From an uncultured Clostridia bacterium (lineage in GTDB: Bacteria; Bacillota; Clostridia; TANB77; CAG-465), in NCBI GenBank assembly GCA_947630145.1, contig CANRGL010000001.1:17289-81288 (forward strand): a stretch of DNA of 64,000 nt. The letters are read 5' to 3'. A program made the translations under genes and the position numbers. The stretch's first letter is position 1. Each line of letters starts with the position of its first letter. Of the stretch, positions 8,386 to 17,351 are shown piece after piece. A model generated the notes under the pieces. The model saw only the letters and a program-made list of their open reading frames with translations, was not told where the DNA came from and made no database searches.

Positions 8386-11160
8386 CTAGTCTATGTATTT
8401 TAAAATATCCCACTGATTAATTTCATCCTCATATTTTTCTCTACTTTCATAAATGCAATCTGTACTTGAATCTAAATAAAATTTTTTTCTATTTATAAAC
8501 TGTCTAATATAAAATTCTTCAACATTAATATTATATTTTTCTTCTATTTCATTTTTTATCTCTTTTATATATTTTTTATTTTTATTAACAAAACTATTTA
8601 TAAACTTCTCTCTTGTAGCAGACTCTTCAGTTTTAATAAATATAGTATTATTTTTCATTCTGAATCTTTTTACTTTCGGAATAATCATAATCAAGTTTTC
8701 ATAAAAACAATCTGGAAAATTATTTTTTAAAATTTTATTTTTAAAATCAGTATTTAATGTATATAAATTAAAATATTCATTTTCAGGAATAACCTTTTCA
8801 ATTTCCTCAATAAAAAGATTTATATCTTCCATAAAAATGCCCATGTCATTAAGTTTTTTTATTGTAATATATTTTTCATCTGATATTTTAAATAATTTCT
8901 TATCATAAATAAATTTATACAAATAACTAAAAAATGTTGAGCCTATCTTTTTCATTTCTTCAGGTATTTCGTAATAATCGTTAGAAATAATTATATCTTT
9001 AAGATAGCTCTCTAAATTTACTATGTTGTCTTTTATAATATAATTTCCCCTTAATTTATATCCTAATTTACTCAAATTTAATGAATTTAAAAGTCTAAAA
9101 TCATTTACATCGAATAAATCTGTTAACATTTTTTTCATTGTAGCTATAGAATATATATCTTCTTTTAGTTTTTCTTTCATAACCTCAAATTGTTTATTAT
9201 CAAATAACTGTACATTACATATAAGCATACTTAAATTTATATAATGGCTAAAGTTATTAACTACATATGATTTGAATGTATTTAACTTATGACCATAATT
9301 GTTATACATATATTTAACAAAATCATCAATACTAATAGGAGAAAGTTCTTGAATTTTCTCATCAACAAACTCTAGTTTATTATTACAATTTATAAATATA
9401 TCTGGCATTCTTGAATAAACTATACCTTCATCAAATTTTCCTAACACCTTTTTACATAAATTATGAAGTTCGTATTCGTTTCTTATATCTAATTTTTTCA
9501 TTAATAAAGGATTATCTTTATAAAATAATTCTGCTGAATATATTCCTGGCTCAATATCAAACATTTCTTTAAGTTCAGCTATGTCATCTTCTTCTATTTC
9601 ATTACAATTATAATATCTAAAACTTTTTCCTATTGTATCTAATATATAGTTTGTCCTTGTTAGTCTCGAATCTATATTTCTAAAGTCTTCTGCTGTTAGA
9701 AAATCTAAATTAAGTTTATATTCAATAACTATTTGATTATAATTTATCATTAATTCATTATAATCTACTCTTCTGTCTTCTTTTTTTAAATAAGCAATAA
9801 TAATAGGAATCGTATCTGCAACAATATTTTCTTCATTATATCTTATAATATTGTACTCTTTTCTTAAAATTTCTATCTGCTCACTTGTTAGCCTATTATC
9901 TTCTAAAAGCTCTGATGGTTTTAACTCACCATGTTTACCTTTCTCTCGCAAATAATAATATACATAATTTTCTAAATTAAATAATTTGCAAAACAATTCT
10001 TCTTTAAAATCATATTTTTCAATATAATCTAAATATTTTTCTTCTTCAATATGGTTAATTTTTTTCAATTCACTTGCTATTATTTGCCTTATTCTTTCTC
10101 TAGTTAGGTTATACTCATTACCTATTTGCACTAATGTATAACCTGATAATTTTTTCATTACAATATCATAATGATTATTATTTTTTTTAATTTTATCTAA
10201 TTCTTCTATTAATTTTGGATAAGTACTTCTATATTTACCATTCTCATAAATAATTTCATTGTTTTCTAGTAATTCATTAAAGAATTTATCAAATTTTTCT
10301 ATATTATACCTTTTTGCTTCGATAATATTTTTAATTTCTTCTTTTAATGCGACTCCTGTTTTTAGCTCTTTTCTCATTATAGTTAATATAATTTTCTTAT
10401 CTAAATTCTTCTTTATGTCTAAATCAATTATCATTTGATTGTATGCATTTAATAATCTTTCTTTCTTTGCAGCAGTTAGGTGATATTTATCTCCAATTGT
10501 TTCATCTATATCTTCAAATCTAATATTTTTTTCAACAAGTAGCTTTTCTATTAAACACCTAGAAAGTCCATATCTTTCTAATTCATATACAGAATATGGC
10601 ACATTATAATTATCATTATTTTTACTTAATTTTTTCATTTCAACTAATTCAGATATAATCTTATTTAACTTTTCTGTTGTATATCCTTTTTTTTCTATTA
10701 TTTGTACAAGTTCTTCTATCGAAAAAGTATTATGTCTAAATGAATTATTTATTATTTCCAAAGTTTTTTGAGTAGTCAATCCAAGATTTATGTTTTTATT
10801 TTCAAAAAAAGCATTTAAAGATGTAATTATTTTAGCATATGTAGAATCTCCTATATTATATTTTTCTTTTATAGTTTCATTTATGTCTTCAATTTCTATT
10901 TTTTTGCTAAATAATTTATCTATTATATTTTTTGATAATCCGTACTTAATAAGTTCATATATAGAATATTTTTTCTTATCTTCACTTATCTTCATTAAAC
11001 TAGTTTTTATTTTTAACTTTTTTTCGCTATGTGAACCTAAATACTTATCTACACAATCTATATTACTATATATATCTTCTAGATTTATTCCTTCATTATC
11101 TAAATTCATTATAGTATTTAATGGTATACCGTATTCACAAAGCAAATAAATCGATTTCAT
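8386..11160 (-). CDS. large hypothetical DNA-binding protein: three alphaCTD-like helix-hairpin-helix repeats + sigma-70 region-4-like HTH
   Basis: 924 aa. A roughly 55-aa repeat occurs three times (YELxxYGLSxxxIxKLxxxxIxxEDIxETIxxKY). Residues about 335-365 (LSGYTLVQIGNEYNLTRERIRQI) match a sigma-70 r4.2 pattern. Confidence 0.4.
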   Translation of the reverse strand: MKSIYLLCEYGIPLNTIMNLDNEGINLEDIYSNIDCVDKYLGSHSEKKLKIKTSLMKISEDKKKYSIYELIKYGLSKNIIDKLFSKKIEIEDINETIKEKYNIGDSTYAKIITSLNAFFENKNINLGLTTQKTLEIINNSFRHNTFSIEELVQIIEKKGYTTEKLNKIISELVEMKKLSKNNDNYNVPYSVYELERYGLSRCLIEKLLVEKNIRFEDIDETIGDKYHLTAAKKERLLNAYNQMIIDLDIKKNLDKKIILTIMRKELKTGVALKEEIKNIIEAKRYNIEKFDKFFNELLENNEIIYENGKYRSTYPKLIEELDKIKKNNNHYDIVMKKLSGYTLVQIGNEYNLTRERIRQIIASELKKINHIEEEKYLDYIEKYDFKEELFCKLFNLENYVYYYLREKGKHGELKPSELLEDNRLTSEQIEILRKEYNIIRYNEENIVADTIPIIIAYLKKEDRRVDYNELMINYNQIVIEYKLNLDFLTAEDFRNIDSRLTRTNYILDTIGKSFRYYNCNEIEEDDIAELKEMFDIEPGIYSAELFYKDNPLLMKKLDIRNEYELHNLCKKVLGKFDEGIVYSRMPDIFINCNNKLEFVDEKIQELSPISIDDFVKYMYNNYGHKLNTFKSYVVNNFSHYINLSMLICNVQLFDNKQFEVMKEKLKEDIYSIATMKKMLTDLFDVNDFRLLNSLNLSKLGYKLRGNYIIKDNIVNLESYLKDIIISNDYYEIPEEMKKIGSTFFSYLYKFIYDKKLFKISDEKYITIKKLNDMGIFMEDINLFIEEIEKVIPENEYFNLYTLNTDFKNKILKNNFPDCFYENLIMIIPKVKRFRMKNNTIFIKTEESATREKFINSFVNKNKKYIKEIKNEIEEKYNINVEEFYIRQFINRKKFYLDSSTDCIYESREKYEDEINQWDILKYID

Positions 11161-11322
11161 TTCTACAACTCCTATCTAATTAATTTCTACTTCATATTCT
11201 TTTCAGATTTTATTTACAAGCATTATTATATAACAAAACTAAAAAAATACCAATAGATATACATTTTTATTCTATTTCGTAAAAAAATGCTCACAGTAAT
11301 TACCTATAAGCATCTAAATATT

Positions 11323-11562
11323 TTATTTTATTTCATTTAATATTCTTTTTATGTTTCTTGCTTGTCTTCCACTTATTCTATTATTAACTCTAGCTAGATT
11401 AACTAATGCTAAGACATTATCAAAAGTACAAACAGCTGTATTTCCTCTACTTTTTTTCTCATAATAATATTTCATCTCATCTATTACATAATCAGGTGTA
11501 TATTTGGGAAGTTTATCTAATTCAGATTCCATGATTTTTCCTCTTTCTACAATTTGTGTCAA
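11323..11562 (-). CDS. small hypothetical protein divergent from XRE regulator
   Basis: 79-aa ORF, divergently arranged to the HTH gene with a palindromic operator between them. Confidence 0.35.
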   Translation of the reverse strand: MTQIVERGKIMESELDKLPKYTPDYVIDEMKYYYEKKSRGNTAVCTFDNVLALVNLARVNNRISGRQARNIKRILNEIK

Positions 11563-11608
11563 TTTATTTTAGCATATTTTCAACTTTAATGCAACAAACT
11601 ACTTCTAT

Positions 11609-11638
11609 AAATTGAAAAAATTTGCATTTTTTCAATTT
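11609..11638. promoter_or_regulatory. perfect 13-bp inverted repeat (AAATTGAAAAAAT-ttgc-ATTTTTTCAATTT), candidate operator of XRE regulator
   Basis: Read directly from the sequence in the divergent intergenic region 11563..11698. Confidence 0.45.
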
Positions 11639-11698
11639 GCCAAAGTGGTATTTGATTTTAATTTTATATAATTTTATATGGAAAAGAGGTTATAAGTT

Positions 11699-11950
11699 AT
11701 GGAATTATCAGAAGCAATTAGAAAAAGAATTAAATATTATTTGGGAAAAAATAATATGAATGTCTGGGCTTTATGTAAGTCTTCAGGAGTACCATGTTCA
11801 ACTATTTCTACTTTTATGAGTCATAGGACAGATCTTATAAGAATGGATACTTTACTTCACATTTGTGAAGGATTTAGCATTACTTTAGAAGAATTTTTTT
11901 CTGACGATATATTTAATAATACATATCACGATATTAACAACAAAGACTAA
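11699..11950 (+). CDS. XRE/Cro-C1 family HTH transcriptional regulator
   Basis: 83 aa with a HTH_3-like core (NMNVWALCKSSGVPCSTISTFMSHRTDLIRMDTLLHICEGF). One of only two plus-strand genes. Confidence 0.7.
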   Translation: MELSEAIRKRIKYYLGKNNMNVWALCKSSGVPCSTISTFMSHRTDLIRMDTLLHICEGFSITLEEFFSDDIFNNTYHDINNKD

Positions 11951-11978
11951 TAGATTTTCTTTTCTATTAGTCTTTTCA

Positions 11979-12383
11979 TTATATAATTTCAATTATTTCA
12001 TCAATTAAAACTTCAGTTTTATTTTCTAAAATTATTTTTCTATTATACATATCTATTTTTTTCGCATTACCACTTATAGTTACATACTCTCCCCCTAATT
12101 TCTTTTTATCAGGTATATAATAAGTGATTGTAACTTTAGGACTATTTAACAAATTTAATTTAATTTCTTGTAATTTTAAATCAATTTTAGTTTTTTCTTC
12201 ATCGTCAAGTTCAATTCTATCTTCAGTAATTCTTGCAGTTTCTTTAATACTATCTCCATAACCAGTAAGTGCTGCAAATGGAGCAAATTGTGCTGCTCTT
12301 TGTTCTGAAGATAATCTTGGATGCTTTTTTGAAACATGATGTGGTAAATTTATTATATCATCATACTCGTTCATATTTCTCAC
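11979..12383 (-). CDS. YolD-like protein (accessory to Y-family polymerase)
   Basis: 134 aa with a RAAQFAPFAALTGYGDSI motif typical of the YolD family. Directly downstream of the polymerase gene. Confidence 0.65.
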   Translation of the reverse strand: MRNMNEYDDIINLPHHVSKKHPRLSSEQRAAQFAPFAALTGYGDSIKETARITEDRIELDDEEKTKIDLKLQEIKLNLLNSPKVTITYYIPDKKKLGGEYVTISGNAKKIDMYNRKIILENKTEVLIDEIIEII

Positions 12384-13883
12384 CTATTCCTTATGTCCTC
12401 CTATTTGAGAATTTCTTTCTATTGTTGTTCCATCTTTTTCTAAATTCATTCCTTTAAGAATAGAATTTTTACCAAATTTCTTTTTTATATCTATAATAGT
12501 ATGTTGCAAATTGTTTTCTTCTTTTAGTTTTTCTTTCATTTCAATTTTTTCTCTGTTTTGTTTATCATAATCTATAAAAAAACAAATTTGTTCATTTGGC
12601 TTTTTCTTTTCTGCCTCATATTCATTAACTACATTATTTGCTACAACATTTATTCTCCTTACAAGCAAATTTTTATTTATAATTCTTTCGTATAATTTTT
12701 CTATTGCCTCCATAATTATTTTTGTTGATGATGAATAATCTTCTAAATTTATTGTACCATGAGCATGTTTAGGAATTTCTCTACCATATCTATCTGTTGT
12801 AATTTCTCCATAATAAGATTCTTTTATCTTAGTATCTATTAAATTATCTATATCATAACCTATCGTCAAAACAAGTTGATTTGTTACTAAATGCTTTTCT
12901 ACCAAATCTAATACCAATAAATCTGTCATCTCTTTAACAATAAGTTTTGTTTGTTTATAATTATATGGGCAATGCAAAACTTGTCCTGAACTTATGCTAT
13001 TTGTGGACGGTTTAAAAGATTTTACTTCTTTCATAGTACAAGGCTCATATCCCCACGCATGATCTATTAAAAATTCTGCGTTTATTCCAAATAACTTATA
13101 TAATAATTCTTCATTATTTAAAGAACATCTAGCTATATCTCCCATAGTATATAAATGATGTTTTTCAAGTTTCTTTGCATATCCATTTCCCACTCTCCAA
13201 AAGTCTGTAATAGGTCTATGACTCCAAAGTAACTTCCTATAACTCATTTCATCCAATTCAGCAATCCTTACACCATTTTTATCTGCCACTTTATGTTTTG
13301 CCTCAATATCCATAGCAATTTTTGCTAAATACATATTAGTTCCTATTCCTGCTGTTGCTGTTATTCCAGTTAATTTATAAACATCATGTATCATTGTTGT
13401 TACCATTTCTTTTGGAGTCATTTTAGCATTTTTTAGATAATTAGTAATATCACAAAAGACCTCATCAATCGAATACGCATATATATCTTCACTAGCAACA
13501 TATTTCAAATATACATTATAAATTGTTGTACTATATTTCATATACAAAGACATTCTAGGTGGTGCAATAATATAGTCTAATTCTAAATTATTGTCTTGTT
13601 TTAATTCTCTATCATCATATGATTTTCCAGTAAATATATGATTTTTAGCTTTAAATCTTCTATTATTATTAACTTCCTTAACTCTTTGTATAACTTCAAA
13701 TAATCTAGCTCTACCTGATATTCCATAAGACTTTAATGAGGGAGTTACTGCTAAACATATTGTTTTTTCAGTTCTTGACTTATCTGCAACAACTAAATTT
13801 GTTCTTAACGGATCTAAATTTCTTTCCCTACATTCTACTGATGCGTAAAAACTTTTCAAATCGATACAACAAAAAACACTCAC
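12384..13883 (-). CDS. Y-family (UmuC/DinB/UvrX-like) translesion DNA polymerase
   Basis: IDLKSFYASVECRERNLDP N-terminal catalytic motif, about 500 aa. The ORF track extends to 13946 but AGGAGGG + GTG at 13883 is the likely start. Confidence 0.85.
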   Translation of the reverse strand: MSVFCCIDLKSFYASVECRERNLDPLRTNLVVADKSRTEKTICLAVTPSLKSYGISGRARLFEVIQRVKEVNNNRRFKAKNHIFTGKSYDDRELKQDNNLELDYIIAPPRMSLYMKYSTTIYNVYLKYVASEDIYAYSIDEVFCDITNYLKNAKMTPKEMVTTMIHDVYKLTGITATAGIGTNMYLAKIAMDIEAKHKVADKNGVRIAELDEMSYRKLLWSHRPITDFWRVGNGYAKKLEKHHLYTMGDIARCSLNNEELLYKLFGINAEFLIDHAWGYEPCTMKEVKSFKPSTNSISSGQVLHCPYNYKQTKLIVKEMTDLLVLDLVEKHLVTNQLVLTIGYDIDNLIDTKIKESYYGEITTDRYGREIPKHAHGTINLEDYSSSTKIIMEAIEKLYERIINKNLLVRRINVVANNVVNEYEAEKKKPNEQICFFIDYDKQNREKIEMKEKLKEENNLQHTIIDIKKKFGKNSILKGMNLEKDGTTIERNSQIGGHKE

Positions 13884-13938
13884 AAAATTCCCTCCTACTT
13901 TCTTAACAATACATATTATATAATAATATTTTTTATTT

Positions 13939-13950
13939 GTAAACATTTGT
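13939..13950. promoter_or_regulatory. Cheo/LexA box-like GAACAAATGTTT overlapping -35 of TTTACA-17-TATAAT promoter of the Y-family polymerase operon
   Basis: The minus-sense sequence GTGAACAAATGTTTACA-aataaaaaatattatta-TATAAT lies about 55 bp upstream of the GTG start. It matches the Gram-positive consensus GAAC-RNRY-GTTY. Confidence 0.5.
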
Positions 13951-14088
13951 TCACTATTTTACAAAAAAATATAATAGGGACATAACTGCCCCTATTTTAA
14001 TAATGTATGAAATAAACTTATAAAAAAGACTACTACAAATAATACACATCCCATTATAAATCCCATTTCTATCCCTCCTAACACTATA

Positions 14089-14316
14089 CTATCTTTTTGT
14101 GTCGAGAGTTCTAAATATGCTTTGATATTCATTTTGCAATTTACTTATACTTCCATCTTTAGAGCTATGACTCATAATATATTCTGATATTTCTCTTTCT
14201 ATATTTTTTAATTCCTCATCAGAATAATCTTTATTTTCTATATTTATTCCTGCATTTTTTACTAATTCAATCTCTTTATTAGTGCATTTATCTATTAAAT
14301 TCATATTACTTATCAT
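14089..14316 (-). CDS. hypothetical protein
   Basis: 75-aa ORF within the conjugation gene block. Confidence 0.3.
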   Translation of the reverse strand: MISNMNLIDKCTNKEIELVKNAGINIENKDYSDEELKNIEREISEYIMSHSSKDGSISKLQNEYQSIFRTLDTKR

Positions 14317-14373
14317 CCTTTCATTTTAAACCAGTATTATTATAACACATATTTTATTCTTATTCTATAATTT

Positions 14374-15483
14374 TTATTCGTATTTTGGACTGCCATAGCC
14401 CATAATCTGCCCATCATCAAAGGAATACACCCTTTCTGCACATTTATCATCTGTATTTCCCTCAATAGTGTATATAGTTCTATTTGTAATATCTGTTCGA
14501 GTAACAATACCAACATGATCTGATATTCCATCTTGATTATCGTTCCAATCGAAAAATATAATGTCCCCAATTATTGGATAATAACTTTCTCCTCTATCAT
14601 GCCATTCATTTTTTTCTTTAAACCAATTTATTCCATCAGAGCAAACAGAAAATTTTGGAATAATACCTTTTTCTATATACCCACATTCACTGGCACACCA
14701 ACTAACAAAACAAGCACACCATTCTACTCTAGAATCAAAGCCATACCAACTCCAAAACTTATCTCCACCCTCATTACCAATTTGAGATTTTGCAATTAGC
14801 ACAATTTCACTATTAGGTATTTGTGAAGAGTCATAATTATCATCTCCATCATTGTTAAAAATAGCAGCTACAAAACCTGCTATTAAAACAATAACCACAA
14901 TAATAACTACTGCTATCCAACCACCTGCTATAATTGCAGAAATAATAGCCTTTGTTGCTGCTATTATTGCCTTAACTGCAGTTATTGTTGCTTTTATAGT
15001 TGCTTTAATTCCTTGTGCAGTTATTTTAGCTATATGTTTTGTTAATTTTACTGCTTTTTGACTTGCCTTTATACTTTCTTTTGCAACTTTTTTCCCTGTT
15101 TTTGCAACATTTTCAGCAGTTTTTATACTTTTTTTTGTTAGTTCAGTGTTCTTTTTTAGATTATTTATTATTCTTTTTTCTTTTATTCTTGTTTTAAAAG
15201 TATTTATTTTTTTCTTTTCTTTTATAAAGTTATTTTGCGTTTCTTTTATAGATTTTTTTCCTAATTCATTTGTTTTTTCTAATCCTTTTCTAGATGTATA
15301 ACTTATACTATTCTGTATTTTTCTTCCTGCATATTCTTCACCTGAATTATTATCATCATCCATAGTAATTTCATTTATTCGTTCTTTTGTTGTTATCAAA
15401 TTGTTCTTTATTTTTTCAACTCCAACAATATTCTTATCTAATTTTCTTATTGTTTCTTTAGGTTTAATTTTTATTTCAGACAT
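14374..15483 (-). CDS. membrane-anchored CHAP-domain peptidoglycan hydrolase (conjugation-associated cell wall hydrolase)
   Basis: C-terminal CHAP Cys/His region (EWCACFVSWCAS...HVGIVT). Central TM segment and lysine-rich coiled region. Fits the PrgK/TcpG functional class. Confidence 0.7.
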   Translation of the reverse strand: MSEIKIKPKETIRKLDKNIVGVEKIKNNLITTKERINEITMDDDNNSGEEYAGRKIQNSISYTSRKGLEKTNELGKKSIKETQNNFIKEKKKINTFKTRIKEKRIINNLKKNTELTKKSIKTAENVAKTGKKVAKESIKASQKAVKLTKHIAKITAQGIKATIKATITAVKAIIAATKAIISAIIAGGWIAVVIIVVIVLIAGFVAAIFNNDGDDNYDSSQIPNSEIVLIAKSQIGNEGGDKFWSWYGFDSRVEWCACFVSWCASECGYIEKGIIPKFSVCSDGINWFKEKNEWHDRGESYYPIIGDIIFFDWNDNQDGISDHVGIVTRTDITNRTIYTIEGNTDDKCAERVYSFDDGQIMGYGSPKYE

Positions 15484-15556
15484 CTATTTATCACTCCCTT
15501 TCAATAATAAAAAAAGAAGTTGATTTTTCTCAACTTCCCTAATTTACTATAATATC

Positions 15557-16018
15557 TTATTTTGTTATATTAACAAGATAATCATAAAGTTTCTTAATAT
15601 CTGTCATATCTAACATTAAAGAAACCCCAATAACATCAATAGCACCATTATTATCTATTGGATATACTACTATTTCCATATTAGGCTCTTCGACCAATTT
15701 CTTATTTTCTAGACTTTCATAATATACTCCATATTCATCACCTTTAGGATAAAATCTTATCTTAAAAGTTTGTTCAATAGGAATAAAACATTTATAATCT
15801 TTCATATTTCCATCTAAAAAACTTTTTATATCTTCTCTTAATTCATCAACTTCATAACACATCAAATCATAACTACTATTTTCAAATTTTAATGTATAAT
15901 TACTAATTTTCCAATTAACATGAGCCCAACTATCATCTTCAACTTTTCTATATTTTTCATAACCATATATACACAGTTCAAGTTCGTCAAAACATAGTTT
16001 TACACTAACCTTATCCAT
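15557..16018 (-). CDS. hypothetical protein
   Basis: 153-aa ORF. Confidence 0.3.
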   Translation of the reverse strand: MDKVSVKLCFDELELCIYGYEKYRKVEDDSWAHVNWKISNYTLKFENSSYDLMCYEVDELREDIKSFLDGNMKDYKCFIPIEQTFKIRFYPKGDEYGVYYESLENKKLVEEPNMEIVVYPIDNNGAIDVIGVSLMLDMTDIKKLYDYLVNITK

Positions 16019-16046
16019 TTTTTCACTTCCTAATTATTTTACTTTT

Positions 16047-16469
16047 TTAATCCCAATTCATAATTTCTATATCTTCTATATTAAAATCTTTACCACATAT
16101 AGGACATTTACTTAAATTCTCTATAATATTCATTTTTTCATTACATTTAGAACATTTATATTCAGAAATGAAATCTTCATCATTTTTATCTAAAGCTATT
16201 AGTTTGAAGTAAAATTTATTTGTTATACTTTTACATTTTGGACATTGATATGTTTTATATCCATAATAATTTTCATCTAATATATATTTTTTTCCTTTTA
16301 ATATTTCGTTTAATTTTTCTCCATTTATTCCATCTTTATACCTTTTAATTAAATTAAATTTACTATCATATTTCATAAGTTCTGTCTTACTATCGAGCAT
16401 TCCTCTTCCTTCCATGAATTCAAATTCTTTTTTACATTTTTTACATACATATATCAAACCTTTTCCCAT
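16047..16469 (-). CDS. hypothetical zinc-ribbon protein
   Basis: 140 aa with several CxxC pairs (CKKCKK, CPKCKS, CSKCNE, CPICGK). Confidence 0.3.
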   Translation of the reverse strand: MGKGLIYVCKKCKKEFEFMEGRGMLDSKTELMKYDSKFNLIKRYKDGINGEKLNEILKGKKYILDENYYGYKTYQCPKCKSITNKFYFKLIALDKNDEDFISEYKCSKCNEKMNIIENLSKCPICGKDFNIEDIEIMNWD

Positions 16470-16571
16470 TTACATTCTCCTATTTTTATATTAAATTTAA
16501 TTATCTAGAAAAAATTTTTCTAAAAAATATTATAACACAATATTATTGCCGTTTCAAATATACTCTATTTT

Positions 16572-17351
16572 CTATATCTTTTTCGCAATTACAACCATTC
16601 TTCCATTTTTTTGTGAATATTCACAAGTAGATAGTGTTATATATTTATCCTTATGTGTTCCTACAACTCCTGTATAATAAAACTCAGTTTCTCTACATCC
16701 ATTTACAAACTCAATATAATCTGTTGAATTTTCAAAATCAGTATAACAATAATACTTAAATCCTAAATCTGTATATACAGTAGTTTTAAATGAAATCATA
16801 ACTTCATATACATTTTCGATAGTTTTTCCATTTTCTATTGTATATAACTTTATATATTTATGATTAAGATAAAAATTATAATTTTTATATTTTTCTAGCT
16901 GAGAAAACATTGTATTATCGCTCATATTATGACCATATATTATTAAATTATCTGATTTTTTTAAATCACAATAAAAAGCTAAATATGGTGTACCATGATT
17001 AGAATAATTTTTATAAATATCCTTATGAAGATAATAATCACCATTTTGCATTACAGGATAATTTATATTTGTTCCATCTATTTTTATCCAAGCAACTACA
17101 TCATCATTTATAAGTTTTACATTTTCTAAATTATAGTTATTATCTTCTTCATTATTTATTTTATTTTCTTGTTTCAATAAATTTTCTTTCTCATTTTGCG
17201 TATCATTCTCATCTACTTTTATAACTTCCTGTAAATCGACAAATATATCATTTTCTTTTTTATTTTCTATTAACTCTTTAATTAAAAAATAGCTACTAAT
17301 AGCTAATATAACTATTAGTAGCATTATAACTATTTTACCTAACTTATTCAT
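16572..17351 (-). CDS. sortase, class B-like
   Basis: N-terminal TM segment. Active-site His motif IIYGHN. TLSTC catalytic Cys motif. 259 aa. Overlaps the VirB4 gene by 8 bp. Confidence 0.7.
   Translation of the reverse strand: MNKLGKIVIMLLIVILAISSYFLIKELIENKKENDIFVDLQEVIKVDENDTQNEKENLLKQENKINNEEDNNYNLENVKLINDDVVAWIKIDGTNINYPVMQNGDYYLHKDIYKNYSNHGTPYLAFYCDLKKSDNLIIYGHNMSDNTMFSQLEKYKNYNFYLNHKYIKLYTIENGKTIENVYEVMISFKTTVYTDLGFKYYCYTDFENSTDYIEFVNGCRETEFYYTGVVGTHKDKYITLSTCEYSQKNGRMVVIAKKI

Noticed and set aside
8386-11160. I checked the 924-aa protein for SspE-like features (DGQQR NTPase motif, HNH) and for recombinase motifs
   Set aside because: None are present, so it is not called SspE or an integrase.
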